In this document: positions 19,582 through 29,018 of the stretch, piece after piece
Position numbering within the stretch: position 1 is the first letter of the stretch
Layout of the letters: the number at the start of each line of letters is the position of its first letter
NCBI GenBank assembly: GCA_019057635.1
Contig: DXJL01000199.1
Location: 1-51,776 of the forward strand
Reading direction: 5' to 3'
Length of the DNA stretch: 51,776 bases
From: Candidatus Heimdallarchaeota archaeon
GTDB lineage: Archaea; Asgardarchaeota; Heimdallarchaeia; Hodarchaeales; Hodarchaeaceae
Translations under genes and position numbers: made by a program
The notes under the pieces: generated by a model
What the model was told of the DNA's origin: nothing
Seen by the model: only the letters and a program-made list of their open reading frames with translations
Database searches by the model: none

Positions 19582-20772
19582 CTAGATTTTCCCTCGTATT
19601 ACATCATCCAGAAAATCATCTAAGGCTTCGATATCTTCTTTGGATTGGGTAGCACTATGAACAATTTCGGCTGTTTCAGCAGTTTTCTGAGATAAGCTAG
19701 TCAACATATCACCTATTGCAATGCTATGGATCGTTAATTTCCTTTGCAACTCTTGAGCAGTGCTGATACGCTCCCCCAATTTTAAGGCCGATCCGAGATC
19801 TTCTATAAATGCGGTTTGGATACTTAAAAGACCAGATTCAATGTTTTGTTTGATTTTTGGTGGTAAATCCAGTTCAATCCCGTGTCGTTTAATTTTTTCC
19901 ACCAACCAAGTATTAATTAGTAATATTTCTGGTATTCCTGAAAGGTTGGGAAGCTGTCGGTCTTCAGGAAAGTACCATTCGTGTTGAATTTGATTGATGA
20001 GGTTTAATGTCTCTTTACGAATCATAGTAGACAGCTGATATTCGACCGTTGAGATAATTAGTCGATCCATTTTCTTTACTACAGCTTTGAAGACATCACG
20101 CAATTGTCCCCACTTATTTTCCTCTTCTGGAAGTGTTAACTCAAGTATTCTTTTTGGTAGGAATTCCGTAATTTTTTGGATTAACCGAAACTCTGAGTCT
20201 ATTCTACCTAATTTTCCTGTTCTAAATACTTCCAGTTGCTTCCAATGTGCTGGTTGTTCAATCATATCGCGAATAAGTTCGAACAAATATTGGTTAGGGT
20301 TACTTACGCGTAATAAATTAACTCCTGAACGAAAGTTTAGCCTATGCCCTCGTTCGCGAACTAAGTCCTTGTATTCTAATCGGGAATGGCTCTCCAGACC
20401 CAATGATCCGACGATCATAATTCCAAAGTTAAATTCTTCAATAGTCGTTGCATAATCTTTATGAAAAACTGTTTCTACAGGAATTTTTCTGTCCCAATCC
20501 ATATTATCTTTTCCACGAATGGAGATATGTTGACCTTTAGTTTTAAATGTAAGAGTTTTTCCACGGAAATCTTGCTGAAATATTATTCCATCTGAGGCTA
20601 CAGGAATAAATTTGATATAATTATCCTTGAATTGTTCAATAAACAGAGCAAATAACTCAGATTTTCCAAAACCTCTAGGACCGAGTATTAACAGCGGTAA
20701 CTGCATCTGACCATCAAATAAATTGAAGTACCCTAGTTCACCGTGAAGGCTGAAGAGTTTTTGAACTTTCAC
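19582..20772 (-). CDS. Divergent P-loop NTPase, possibly GTPase-derived
   Basis: Walker A LILGPRGFGKS near the N-terminus, G2-like ATT and G4-like PEILLINTW; no clear DxxG. Confidence 0.55.
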   Translation of the reverse strand: MKVQKLFSLHGELGYFNLFDGQMQLPLLILGPRGFGKSELFALFIEQFKDNYIKFIPVASDGIIFQQDFRGKTLTFKTKGQHISIRGKDNMDWDRKIPVETVFHKDYATTIEEFNFGIMIVGSLGLESHSRLEYKDLVRERGHRLNFRSGVNLLRVSNPNQYLFELIRDMIEQPAHWKQLEVFRTGKLGRIDSEFRLIQKITEFLPKRILELTLPEEENKWGQLRDVFKAVVKKMDRLIISTVEYQLSTMIRKETLNLINQIQHEWYFPEDRQLPNLSGIPEILLINTWLVEKIKRHGIELDLPPKIKQNIESGLLSIQTAFIEDLGSALKLGERISTAQELQRKLTIHSIAIGDMLTSLSQKTAETAEIVHSATQSKEDIEALDDFLDDVIRGKI

Positions 20773-20923
20773 AGAATTTCATCAATCTTTCAGTTCTTGA
20801 TATAGTTCTCGGTGTCACTTCGATTACTTATATGATTTTTCAGGTCTTCAGAAATACTCTCCTAAATCTTTATTATTCCTCTCCCAAGAAAGGCTAATAC
20901 CAAGATACACCCTATGTGATTCG

Positions 20924-21814
20924 ATGAAAATCAAATTTCAAGCTCTTGCTTCTGGAAGTAACGGAAATTGTGGAATATTAACAACTCCCGAAGGAGCTTT
21001 ATTGATCGAAGCAGGAATCACTCGAAAAAAATTACTTTATCTGTTGAGGAAAGCAAAAATTTCACCAACGGATTTGCAGGGGATCTTGATTAGTCATTCT
21101 CACAGTGACCATTGTCGGGGTCTACCCGTCATCACTGAATCGTTAAATGTCCCTATAATTAGTTCTAAGGGTACTCGAGAAGGATTTAGGGGATTCCAAT
21201 CCCTAGATTCAAGGTGGAAACATATTACTAAGAAATCAGTCACAATTAACTCAAGTACTGCGCTTTCTTTCGGTGCTTTTCAGATACATTCCTTACCTAC
21301 TGTACATGATGCATTAGGAGCAAATGGATTTTTCATAGAATATAATGACATAGGAATCAGCATTGTCACAGACACAGGACGATTGTTACCCCATCATTTG
21401 GATGCTATTAACAAGTCTAATATTGTGTTACTAGAAATGAATCACGATATAGCTGCATTATATCGTTCACATCGAACAATATGGTTGAAAAAGCGTATAA
21501 GGGGCACTCATTTAGATAATGGACAAACAATTGATGCTTTAAGCCAGATAGACACAGAAAGTAAAGTATTGATGTTTGGACATTTAAGCGGAGAGTGTAA
21601 CTCACCAAAGTTAGTAAAAAATGAATTAGCAAAATGGGGGAAGGATATTGAGGATTTTCCATGGGACTGTTATATTTGCCGTCGTAACTCACCAGGGCCG
21701 TTGATTACTTTATCTGGGGGAGATAAGTTGAGCTCCTCTGAAAACTCACTCAATTTAAACTCGTTAAAGGAAACTTACAAGCCACCTAAAGATCTGTTAT
21801 CATATTTTTCTTAG
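20924..21814 (+). CDS. MBL-fold hydrolase, YycJ/WalJ-like
   Basis: LASGSNGN, SHSHSDH, HDA, TDTG, LEMNHD and GHLS motifs. Confidence 0.88.
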   Translation: MKIKFQALASGSNGNCGILTTPEGALLIEAGITRKKLLYLLRKAKISPTDLQGILISHSHSDHCRGLPVITESLNVPIISSKGTREGFRGFQSLDSRWKHITKKSVTINSSTALSFGAFQIHSLPTVHDALGANGFFIEYNDIGISIVTDTGRLLPHHLDAINKSNIVLLEMNHDIAALYRSHRTIWLKKRIRGTHLDNGQTIDALSQIDTESKVLMFGHLSGECNSPKLVKNELAKWGKDIEDFPWDCYICRRNSPGPLITLSGGDKLSSSENSLNLNSLKETYKPPKDLLSYFS

Positions 21815-21837
21815 GGATGGGTTCTTCTCCTGAATAA

Positions 21838-22278
21838 TTATCCAACGAGCAGTGGTTCGATTTCGAATATTTTTTCTTTGATACTTGCTGGGAGGGGAGA
21901 TTTTGCAGATGTTTGGTAATCGAGGACAACAATAACAGCTTCTCCAACCGCTGCGGTACCAGATTGTTCACTAATGACAAGATAATCCATAATAAATCTG
22001 GTGGACTCAAGTTTTGTTACACGAGTTCCTACTTGTATAGTATCTGGATAGAATAATGATTTAATGAACTTGGCTGATGTGCTTGCAAGAATAGGGCCTA
22101 TTTTTGAGTCTCTCATAACTTGGATAAACCCGATGTTTTCAAAATATTTAATCCGAGCTGTTTCAAAGTAACGGAAGAATTTTATATTATTTACGTGCCC
22201 AAATGAGTCCATATCACCCCAAACAACTGGGATTTTTACTACAACTGAATAATCTTCTAATGTGTCCATATTCACCAA
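21838..22278 (-). CDS. Acyl-CoA thioesterase, 4HBT/hotdog family
   Basis: WGDMDSFGHVNN..FFRYFETAR motif. Confidence 0.92.
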   Translation of the reverse strand: MVNMDTLEDYSVVVKIPVVWGDMDSFGHVNNIKFFRYFETARIKYFENIGFIQVMRDSKIGPILASTSAKFIKSLFYPDTIQVGTRVTKLESTRFIMDYLVISEQSGTAAVGEAVIVVLDYQTSAKSPLPASIKEKIFEIEPLLVG

Positions 22279-22381
22279 TCCTATAACACGGATGGCTTTG
22301 AATAAACTGTAAATTAGAACTTTGTTGTACGGTTCAAGTGTATAAAATCACAAGGAATACCTATTCAGCTTTATATTATTT

Positions 22382-22626
22382 TTAACGGATTATTTCGTCA
22401 AGATAGGTACATATGAGCGCCTCTTTTCTTTGACAAGCTTGAAAATCCTCAAGAATTGAACTAATGAGCACCATAGAACTTTCAGGACGAATTAACTGTT
22501 CTTCTAACCAACTCAGCATTTCTTTGTGGTTATTAATGACATTTTCTATTAATTCCTTACCTTCTACTGGAATTTGGCCATTTTTCGTGCCACTTTAGTC
22601 TTCCTCGAACTATATTTCTTCCCCAT
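22382..22626 (-). pseudogene. Possible frameshifted small helical protein gene
   Basis: ATG at 22626 gives MGKKYSSRKTKVARKMAKFQ*. An overlapping frame lacking its own early start gives ...PVEGKELIENVINNHKEMLSWLEEQL...TYLDEIIR* ending at 22382. Confidence 0.3.
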
Positions 22627-22818
22627 TCTTATAAATTCGAAAGTGTAAAAAACACTTATTTCGTTGTTAAAAGGATAATATGTTACAGAACGTAGTTATA
22701 TTGGTTAATTGTCCTTTATTTATTAAATTAAATTCAATAATTGATTATTACAATGAATATTGTAGCAGTTTCTCTTTTTTCTCAATTTAATCTAATTTAA
22801 TCATAAAAAGTTAGTTGT

Positions 22819-22856
22819 TATATAAAGGCTTTATATATCAAAGAAAACCTTATAAA
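22819..22856 (+). promoter_or_regulatory. Perfect palindrome next to a BRE/TATA-like promoter
   Basis: TATATAAAG-G-CTTTATATA (22819-22837) followed by AGAAAA-CCTTATAAA, about 55 bp upstream of the 22909 ORF. Confidence 0.5.
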
Positions 22857-22908
22857 GCAAGAAATTCTAGGGTGATTATAACAGTGATTAGAAATCTTAC
22901 GAAATTGC

Positions 22909-23739
22909 TTGGAAGAGTTGGTTTTGGGGTATCCACACAAAAATCAAGGTGAAAATTCTTTTGAAATGTTTGAAGAGAAACAAGATGAATCTCGCGAAAA
23001 TAGTTGGTTTCTAGGTACACTGATTCAATTGGATAGAAGGGTTCCCTCACATTTCTATAGACTCAAAAATACACATAATAGCATTACTCATGAGGAAACT
23101 GGTTGTGACAATCGGTTTCAAATCAATAATGATATTGCATCCCGTCTTGCAGAATTTTTTCCTTTGAAATGGTTAGACATGATTACAAATTCATTCAAAA
23201 ATATAAAACCAAAAGAATTGGGTTTGAGATTACAAGAGGATCGTTTGTATGCGTATTTAGCTTACATTGATCTAGTGTTAACTTTTCGGGGTCTATCCTT
23301 ATTAGATTCTACCCTACAAGAGATTAGTAATGCTTTAGGTGTTGATTTAAACAAACAGAAATTGAGAACATGGCGATTAAGACTTTTAAAGATCTATCCA
23401 AAAATGCGAAATAAATGGAGAAAAATTCGGTCTGAAACTCCAGCCAGAGTTCTTCTTTCAACCCTGATAAGAATTATGAATACTGAAATTAATTATGAAG
23501 GCTATTCAGATGAGGAAATTTTCGATATAAAACACCGAGCGTTAAAATATGGCCAATTATTTGCTGCAATGGATCGAGTAGCACGAATAAAACGTTTGGA
23601 AACATGGGTAAGAGCCATATGCATAAAATCCATCCGTGATAATCATATTAGCTATACTTGTCAAATTTTTCCCAGCATTACCTCTAAAGAGTTCGATGTC
23701 CTTGAAAATAAAAGATGGCAATTAGATAAAATGTTATAG
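22909..23739 (+). CDS. Divergent TFB/TFIIB-like cyclin-fold protein
   Basis: LAYIDLVLTFRGL...TLQEISNALGVD...KLRTWRLRL resembles the end of TFB repeat 1; IKHRALKY...ARIKRLETWVRAICIKS resembles repeat 2; no Zn ribbon. Confidence 0.5.
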   Translation: MEELVLGYPHKNQGENSFEMFEEKQDESRENSWFLGTLIQLDRRVPSHFYRLKNTHNSITHEETGCDNRFQINNDIASRLAEFFPLKWLDMITNSFKNIKPKELGLRLQEDRLYAYLAYIDLVLTFRGLSLLDSTLQEISNALGVDLNKQKLRTWRLRLLKIYPKMRNKWRKIRSETPARVLLSTLIRIMNTEINYEGYSDEEIFDIKHRALKYGQLFAAMDRVARIKRLETWVRAICIKSIRDNHISYTCQIFPSITSKEFDVLENKRWQLDKML

Positions 23740-23740
23740 A

Positions 23741-25753
23741 CTATATCTCCTTGATAAGCTGTTTAAATCGGTTTTTCAATGCCTTTTTCTGAGAAATAAT
23801 CTCTCTAAATTCTGATGATCTTTTATTTTTCACGGCCGAATCAGAGGGTAATACAAGAACTATTTCCTTTAATCTGTCCCCTAATGTAGATATCGTAGCT
23901 TGGATGAAGGTTTTCGCTTTAATCTGCTCCTGAACAATATCTGTATTCAGACTCCAAAGTAATAGGTATTCATCTAAAAATGGATTTTCACAGGTAATAC
24001 GAAGTTTATTTAAGTGACTTTGAATAATAATTTGTTCATCATGTTTAGTAATCATTGCATTTCTGCCAATGAGAAACGTTCCATCATTAACAATTAAAAT
24101 ATCTCCTGCTCTAATATCTTGCTTGTCTTTATACTTATTATATGTGTCTTTACTGACTTGTTTTAGAGGATCCACATTAATTTCTAAATTTATAATGTCA
24201 CTTGTTCTAACAAATGGTACCGTGCCCGTTCCATACGCCTTTGCACCAATTTCATGTCCTCTCGCAATAGAAAGATAGTTTCTCGAGACTAAATCTCCTA
24301 GAGAAACTAGTGTGTAACCTGGTCTATTTTTATAAACTTCTAAGCGATTATTTATACTGGGGTTGTAATATGCAGGAATAAGGATGTTATTAACGATGTT
24401 TTCTCGATCGAGGATAAATCCTAATGATGAATAACCGATTCTTTTCCCTGTTTTAAAAATACGAAAATTCTCTGTAATAGCAGGTAAATCATCAGCAATG
24501 ATCTTATTACCGTTTTTATCTAATGTAGGTCCACCGAAGTCATCTAATCGGTATATTTCCTTCCCATTTTTGTCATGTCCCACTTTCTTCGCTATCGCAA
24601 AAAAAATCGGGTAGTTACCCTGTTGTTTTGTTTTTTCGATAAACAATAAAGAAGTTTTGATGTGTGTGTGGGGCGCAAATGCAAGGTGGCTGCAGCTAAT
24701 AACCGCCAAGATGGTATAATTCTGGAGTAAGAAATCGATAATATAGCGGTCTGAACTATTCCCAAATATTCCTTCAGGTAATACAATAGCCATTCTTCCC
24801 CCAGGTTTTAGCAATTGTAGACATCTTTCGATGAATAATATTTGTGGTGGTTGTCGTTCTCGTATTTTTGATATTTTCTTCCAAGTTTTACCTTTATCCT
24901 GCCACTTATGTCCCAACTCATACTTTTCTAAGATCCTTGGATCTGTGATAGGAATTTTCGCACCAAAAGGGGGATTACATAAAACAACATCAAACATACT
25001 CAGTGTGATATTAGATTGAGTGGTGTTTGTCCACTTCTCAGGTGTTTCTAATGAGTTTTCACAGAAAATACTTGGGTTTCGATAATTCAGAATTGCTAGA
25101 TGTAATCTAGATATTTTGACGAAAAACTCGTCTTTATCGATTCCAAACAATTTACAGTTATTAATATCTTTATGAAGCGACAATGTACTTGTTAGAAAAC
25201 CTCCTGCCCCACAAGCAGGATCAATGACTAATTCATCAACTTTTGGATCTAAGATTTGCGCCATTGTTAACGAGATGTTTTTAGGAGTAAAAAATTGACC
25301 TTGTGATCCCCGTAATGCTGGTAATAAAATCTGTTCTATTGCATCTCCAATTGCATCTCGAGGAGCTTCGCTAATTGCAAAAGTTTGTAACTCTGCCACA
25401 ATCACTCGAAGGTTTGCCTCATCAATAATCAATTGGTCATTTGTGGCATCAATAATTTCATTGAATTGGGATTTAAGTTCATTAAACAATTTATTAATCC
25501 GTGCTACAAGTGTTTGCTTATCAGGATGGTCAATTTGGAAGAGAACTGGTTCAGTAGAAGGAGTTTCAAGCTCATCCTGAATTTTACAAAATAAAAGGAA
25601 TAATACTTGCTCTACCAGAGTATTATCTTGTGTAATACCCTTGAAATTACCAGCTAGATGATTACGAATGTCAGAAAAAACTTTCTTGAGATCATTTGGA
25701 ATATTTAGGTCATTGCGGTATATTACCATCGTTAAACTTGGGATTATTTTCAA
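23741..25753 (-). CDS. N6-adenine DNA methyltransferase, HsdM-like domain fused to one HsdS-like target recognition domain
   Basis: GQFFTP, motif I DPACGAGGF, motif IV NPPFG, LKPGGRMAIVLPEG; the C-terminal PFVRTSDI..GDILI..DG..IGR..LKEIVL pattern is S-subunit-like. Confidence 0.9.
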   Translation of the reverse strand: MKIIPSLTMVIYRNDLNIPNDLKKVFSDIRNHLAGNFKGITQDNTLVEQVLFLLFCKIQDELETPSTEPVLFQIDHPDKQTLVARINKLFNELKSQFNEIIDATNDQLIIDEANLRVIVAELQTFAISEAPRDAIGDAIEQILLPALRGSQGQFFTPKNISLTMAQILDPKVDELVIDPACGAGGFLTSTLSLHKDINNCKLFGIDKDEFFVKISRLHLAILNYRNPSIFCENSLETPEKWTNTTQSNITLSMFDVVLCNPPFGAKIPITDPRILEKYELGHKWQDKGKTWKKISKIRERQPPQILFIERCLQLLKPGGRMAIVLPEGIFGNSSDRYIIDFLLQNYTILAVISCSHLAFAPHTHIKTSLLFIEKTKQQGNYPIFFAIAKKVGHDKNGKEIYRLDDFGGPTLDKNGNKIIADDLPAITENFRIFKTGKRIGYSSLGFILDRENIVNNILIPAYYNPSINNRLEVYKNRPGYTLVSLGDLVSRNYLSIARGHEIGAKAYGTGTVPFVRTSDIINLEINVDPLKQVSKDTYNKYKDKQDIRAGDILIVNDGTFLIGRNAMITKHDEQIIIQSHLNKLRITCENPFLDEYLLLWSLNTDIVQEQIKAKTFIQATISTLGDRLKEIVLVLPSDSAVKNKRSSEFREIISQKKALKNRFKQLIKEI

Positions 25754-25850
25754 TTATGAATAGTTTTTCCTCTTAGAGTTGTAGAGGTAATTTTCAAAAA
25801 AAAATTGAATAAAAAATCTTAAGATTTAGGAGATAAATATAGTCATAACG

Positions 25851-26705
25851 ATGAAGGCCTCCTTATTTAATTTTCCCGTCGAAATCAGGGAAGTTGAATG
25901 GCCATGGACTAATAAAGCCACTCTGGAAAAGGTTTTTTCCCTATTAGAAACGTATTTTTCTCATATGCACGAAGATAGAGTAAGAAATAAGTCTCAGTAT
26001 TTATTTCATGAAGTTACTCGACCAGATTTCGGACTTGTCCATCCAGTGATTACAGTTTCTCCTTTATTCCAAACAAACGGGGGGAAACGCTCGGATTACT
26101 TTACAATCAGAATTTATCAAAAACCCTCAACTGATCTGCATATGGCATTTAATCTAGCAGACCACCATAAAACACGAATTGAACAGCTGATTGATGCTTT
26201 AGGCCCTGATCACTATCCGGAAACGTATTTTCTTGAGTCTAATGATATTTTAATTGTCCTTCAACCTTTTCTATTTCATCCAGTTTGTGATTATTCAAAG
26301 GAGAAAGATATCTACAATTTGATCGAATTACTTTTTTTGGCATCTAAAGCGCTGATATTATTAGATTACAATCATAACCACTTTTTAAGAGCGGAAGAAG
26401 GGCCATTGTTTTATGTAGACACCGATTACATGGGTGTTCTATGTTCCAGTGAGTTTAATGCATTACATTCGAATTTGAATCAATCAATGATTTTTATCAA
26501 TGAAGAGAATGCACAATTTATCCCAAAAGAGCTAATGACATTTTCTACCCTTAACGAAGAGACCTTAGCTTTTTCTCGGTTACTTCTCACGCTGTTAAAG
26601 GAATATGTCTCCCTTTGTCACACCGATGAAGTTAATATATCATCTAAACTTATGAAAAAGATTAACGCCATAGCAGAAATATTACCTCTGATCAAAATAC
26701 ATTGA
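25851..26705 (+). CDS. Hypothetical protein with a degenerate protein-kinase-like fold
   Basis: Order and spacing of FTIRIY, YPETY, IVLQPFL, LLDYNHNHFL and LFYVDTD fit kinase subdomains II, IV, V, VIb and VII. Confidence 0.45.
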   Translation: MKASLFNFPVEIREVEWPWTNKATLEKVFSLLETYFSHMHEDRVRNKSQYLFHEVTRPDFGLVHPVITVSPLFQTNGGKRSDYFTIRIYQKPSTDLHMAFNLADHHKTRIEQLIDALGPDHYPETYFLESNDILIVLQPFLFHPVCDYSKEKDIYNLIELLFLASKALILLDYNHNHFLRAEEGPLFYVDTDYMGVLCSSEFNALHSNLNQSMIFINEENAQFIPKELMTFSTLNEETLAFSRLLLTLLKEYVSLCHTDEVNISSKLMKKINAIAEILPLIKIH

Positions 26706-26724
26706 TCAAAGTGTATTGTACGGA

Positions 26725-27162
26725 TTAGGACTTATTCATTATTAAATGATGTTTTATTCGTTTCACTAAGTCTATATTACTCCAAGGCTTTAAAATATAA
26801 TCTTTGGCCCCTGCTGCGAATCCACGTTCAATGTCGCTTTCAAAACACATAGCTGACACCAAGATGACAGGAATATGCTGATAACGAGGGTTTTTTTGCA
26901 ATTCTTTACAAAAATTTACCCCGTCCGTTCCAGGTAATTTCACATCAAGAATGATTATATCAGGTAACGTGTCTGCGGTATCAAGAAGTGATCTTGCATC
27001 GTCAGCTTTATACGATTTGTCAGTTGTAAATCCGTTTTTCGTTAGAATTAGGGATAATAATTCGACTGCATCTCTTTCATCATCAATTATCAGGACATGT
27101 GGTTTTTTGGCAGTGATATCTCCTGATTTTCCTAGACTATTCGATTGATTCATTCTAATCAC
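26725..27162 (-). CDS. Single-domain response regulator (receiver)
   Basis: IIDDE, PDIIILDV (phospho-Asp), DG, LVSA and YILKP motifs. Confidence 0.93.
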   Translation of the reverse strand: MIRMNQSNSLGKSGDITAKKPHVLIIDDERDAVELLSLILTKNGFTTDKSYKADDARSLLDTADTLPDIIILDVKLPGTDGVNFCKELQKNPRYQHIPVILVSAMCFESDIERGFAAGAKDYILKPWSNIDLVKRIKHHLIMNKS

Positions 27163-27326
27163 TTGAGTAGGATAAATGTGCGGATTACCTTAATAGATGA
27201 TGTCTCCCTAAAAGTCAAAGACGAATTTGAATAAGTGGATACACCAATTCTTTTTATATGTTAGTGAACTAACTCCAAGAAGGTAAACTATAGACAGACT
27301 CAAAATTAAAATTCGAAATTTTTTTT

Positions 27327-27947
27327 CTAAAGGTAGATGATCCCTGTCTTAGTCATACCAAAGTTCTGGATAAACGAATACGAGACTTTATTTTTATAGT
27401 AGACCTCACAAATGAGCTCATCAACCGATTGGTCCGAAAAAAATTCAGCTGCACGAGCGGCAAGAAGAAAAGCAATTTTTCGTCTCCGGTACCGGGGTTC
27501 AACCCCTAACCCAGCTATTACTCCTTGTTTCCCAACTTCTAGCGAGTTTTTAATCAGAGGTTCAACGGTGAGAAAAATGAATCCAACAATCTGGCCATAG
27601 AGAATTGCTACAAACGTAGATTCAGGATCAAAGTGCTTGAAATCATGGTGAGTTAAGCTTCGGTAAGGATCCGGTGCTGAAATAAAGCTTCGATTGTAGA
27701 CACGTAGGAATTTTTCGACGTCGGTTTCTGGATTCAAGTTTCTGATGGTTACTTTTCTTAAATCATCACTGGCATCGATAATTTCTTGAATTTCATCGAC
27801 CTTGGACCATGCTTGATCCCAAGTCATCTTCAAAACATAAAATTTGTGCTTTTTCTCCTCCGATGGTGTTTCGTCTTCTCTAGAATCCTTTCGAAATAAA
27901 ATTCGTCTTAATTTAACAGACGGACGATCAGATGAAGTTGTTACCAT
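27327..27947 (-). CDS. GNAT family N-acetyltransferase
   Basis: LGVEPRYRRRKIA motif A and N..S..F...FG. Confidence 0.85.
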   Translation of the reverse strand: MVTTSSDRPSVKLRRILFRKDSREDETPSEEKKHKFYVLKMTWDQAWSKVDEIQEIIDASDDLRKVTIRNLNPETDVEKFLRVYNRSFISAPDPYRSLTHHDFKHFDPESTFVAILYGQIVGFIFLTVEPLIKNSLEVGKQGVIAGLGVEPRYRRRKIAFLLAARAAEFFSDQSVDELICEVYYKNKVSYSFIQNFGMTKTGIIYL

Positions 27948-28053
27948 ACAGAATCGAATCCAAAAATCCTTTTCTTATAGAAAAATAAATCCTTTCCCAT
28001 TAAAAGAAAAGAACTAATAATGAAGGTTAAATTTCCGGTTATCTGATCCGTCT

Positions 28054-28989
28054 ATGAATAAACCGCTTGATTCCTCCCTTTCTTCAGTTTTTGACGTCCA
28101 TGTACATCCCATCAGATCAGTGATATCCGCAAAATCTTTAATAGATGAAATGGACAGATCTGGAGTAAGTAAAGCAGTTATTCTTGCACTTGATTTAGAA
28201 CCTAATATTTTAACCACAGATTTAAAGCTTAGAGAAGAAATAATTGATGACTTGTGGGCTTATTCATATTTTATTAATCCTGAGCAACTTTTGGATTCAA
28301 TGACTAGGATCCTACAGACAGGGGTAACATCTAATGATCAGGTTGCAGAAATGCGTAACTCCTATCCGGATCGCTTTATTGGATTTGGATCAGTTAATCC
28401 CTCTAAGTCAAAAAGCTATGTATCTTCAATATTAGACGAAATCTTATTGTTAGGTCTACATGGAATAAAATTAATTCCCACTCTTCAATTCTTTCATCCT
28501 CAAAAGAATAAGAATGTTAAGCGTATCTTCAAATTTGCTGCTAAACAGAATTGGCCAATTTTAATTCATACAGGAAAAGATCCAGGCCCTTTTGAAATCC
28601 CTACCCTAAGATACGTTCAATACTCACACCCACGTTTTTGGGAAAAATTAGTTAAGAAAACCACAGTTAAAGTCATATTCGCACATCTGGGAGGATTTGG
28701 TGCAACCGATGATGAATCATGGATAAATTCTGCCTTAGATATTGCTAGAAATAACTCAAATATCTTCTTAGATACAAGTGCAGTAACTTATGCTCTTGAA
28801 GATCCTAATACTGTCGCTAAACTTCGTGATATTGGATTTGATCATGTTCTATTTGGATCAGATCATCCCGTGGTTCACGGTACATCAATAGAACACTCAA
28901 AGAACATTATTCTGAAAAGCCCAATTCTCACAGAAGAGGAAAAAAGAATGATTCTATTTGAAAATGCTCAAAAGCTTTTCTCAAGTTAA
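28054..28989 (+). CDS. Amidohydrolase_2 family TIM-barrel metallohydrolase
   Basis: DVHVH, YPDRFIGF, GIKL.P, IHTG, AHLGG, DTS and FGSDHP motifs. Confidence 0.9.
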   Translation: MNKPLDSSLSSVFDVHVHPIRSVISAKSLIDEMDRSGVSKAVILALDLEPNILTTDLKLREEIIDDLWAYSYFINPEQLLDSMTRILQTGVTSNDQVAEMRNSYPDRFIGFGSVNPSKSKSYVSSILDEILLLGLHGIKLIPTLQFFHPQKNKNVKRIFKFAAKQNWPILIHTGKDPGPFEIPTLRYVQYSHPRFWEKLVKKTTVKVIFAHLGGFGATDDESWINSALDIARNNSNIFLDTSAVTYALEDPNTVAKLRDIGFDHVLFGSDHPVVHGTSIEHSKNIILKSPILTEEEKRMILFENAQKLFSS

Positions 28990-29018
28990 CTCATCATCCA
29001 TAGTAGAGGAGATACTCA

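Noticed and set aside
22626-22909. AT-rich gap as a replication origin
   Set aside because: No ORB-like repeats with G-strings and no cdc6/orc1 neighbour
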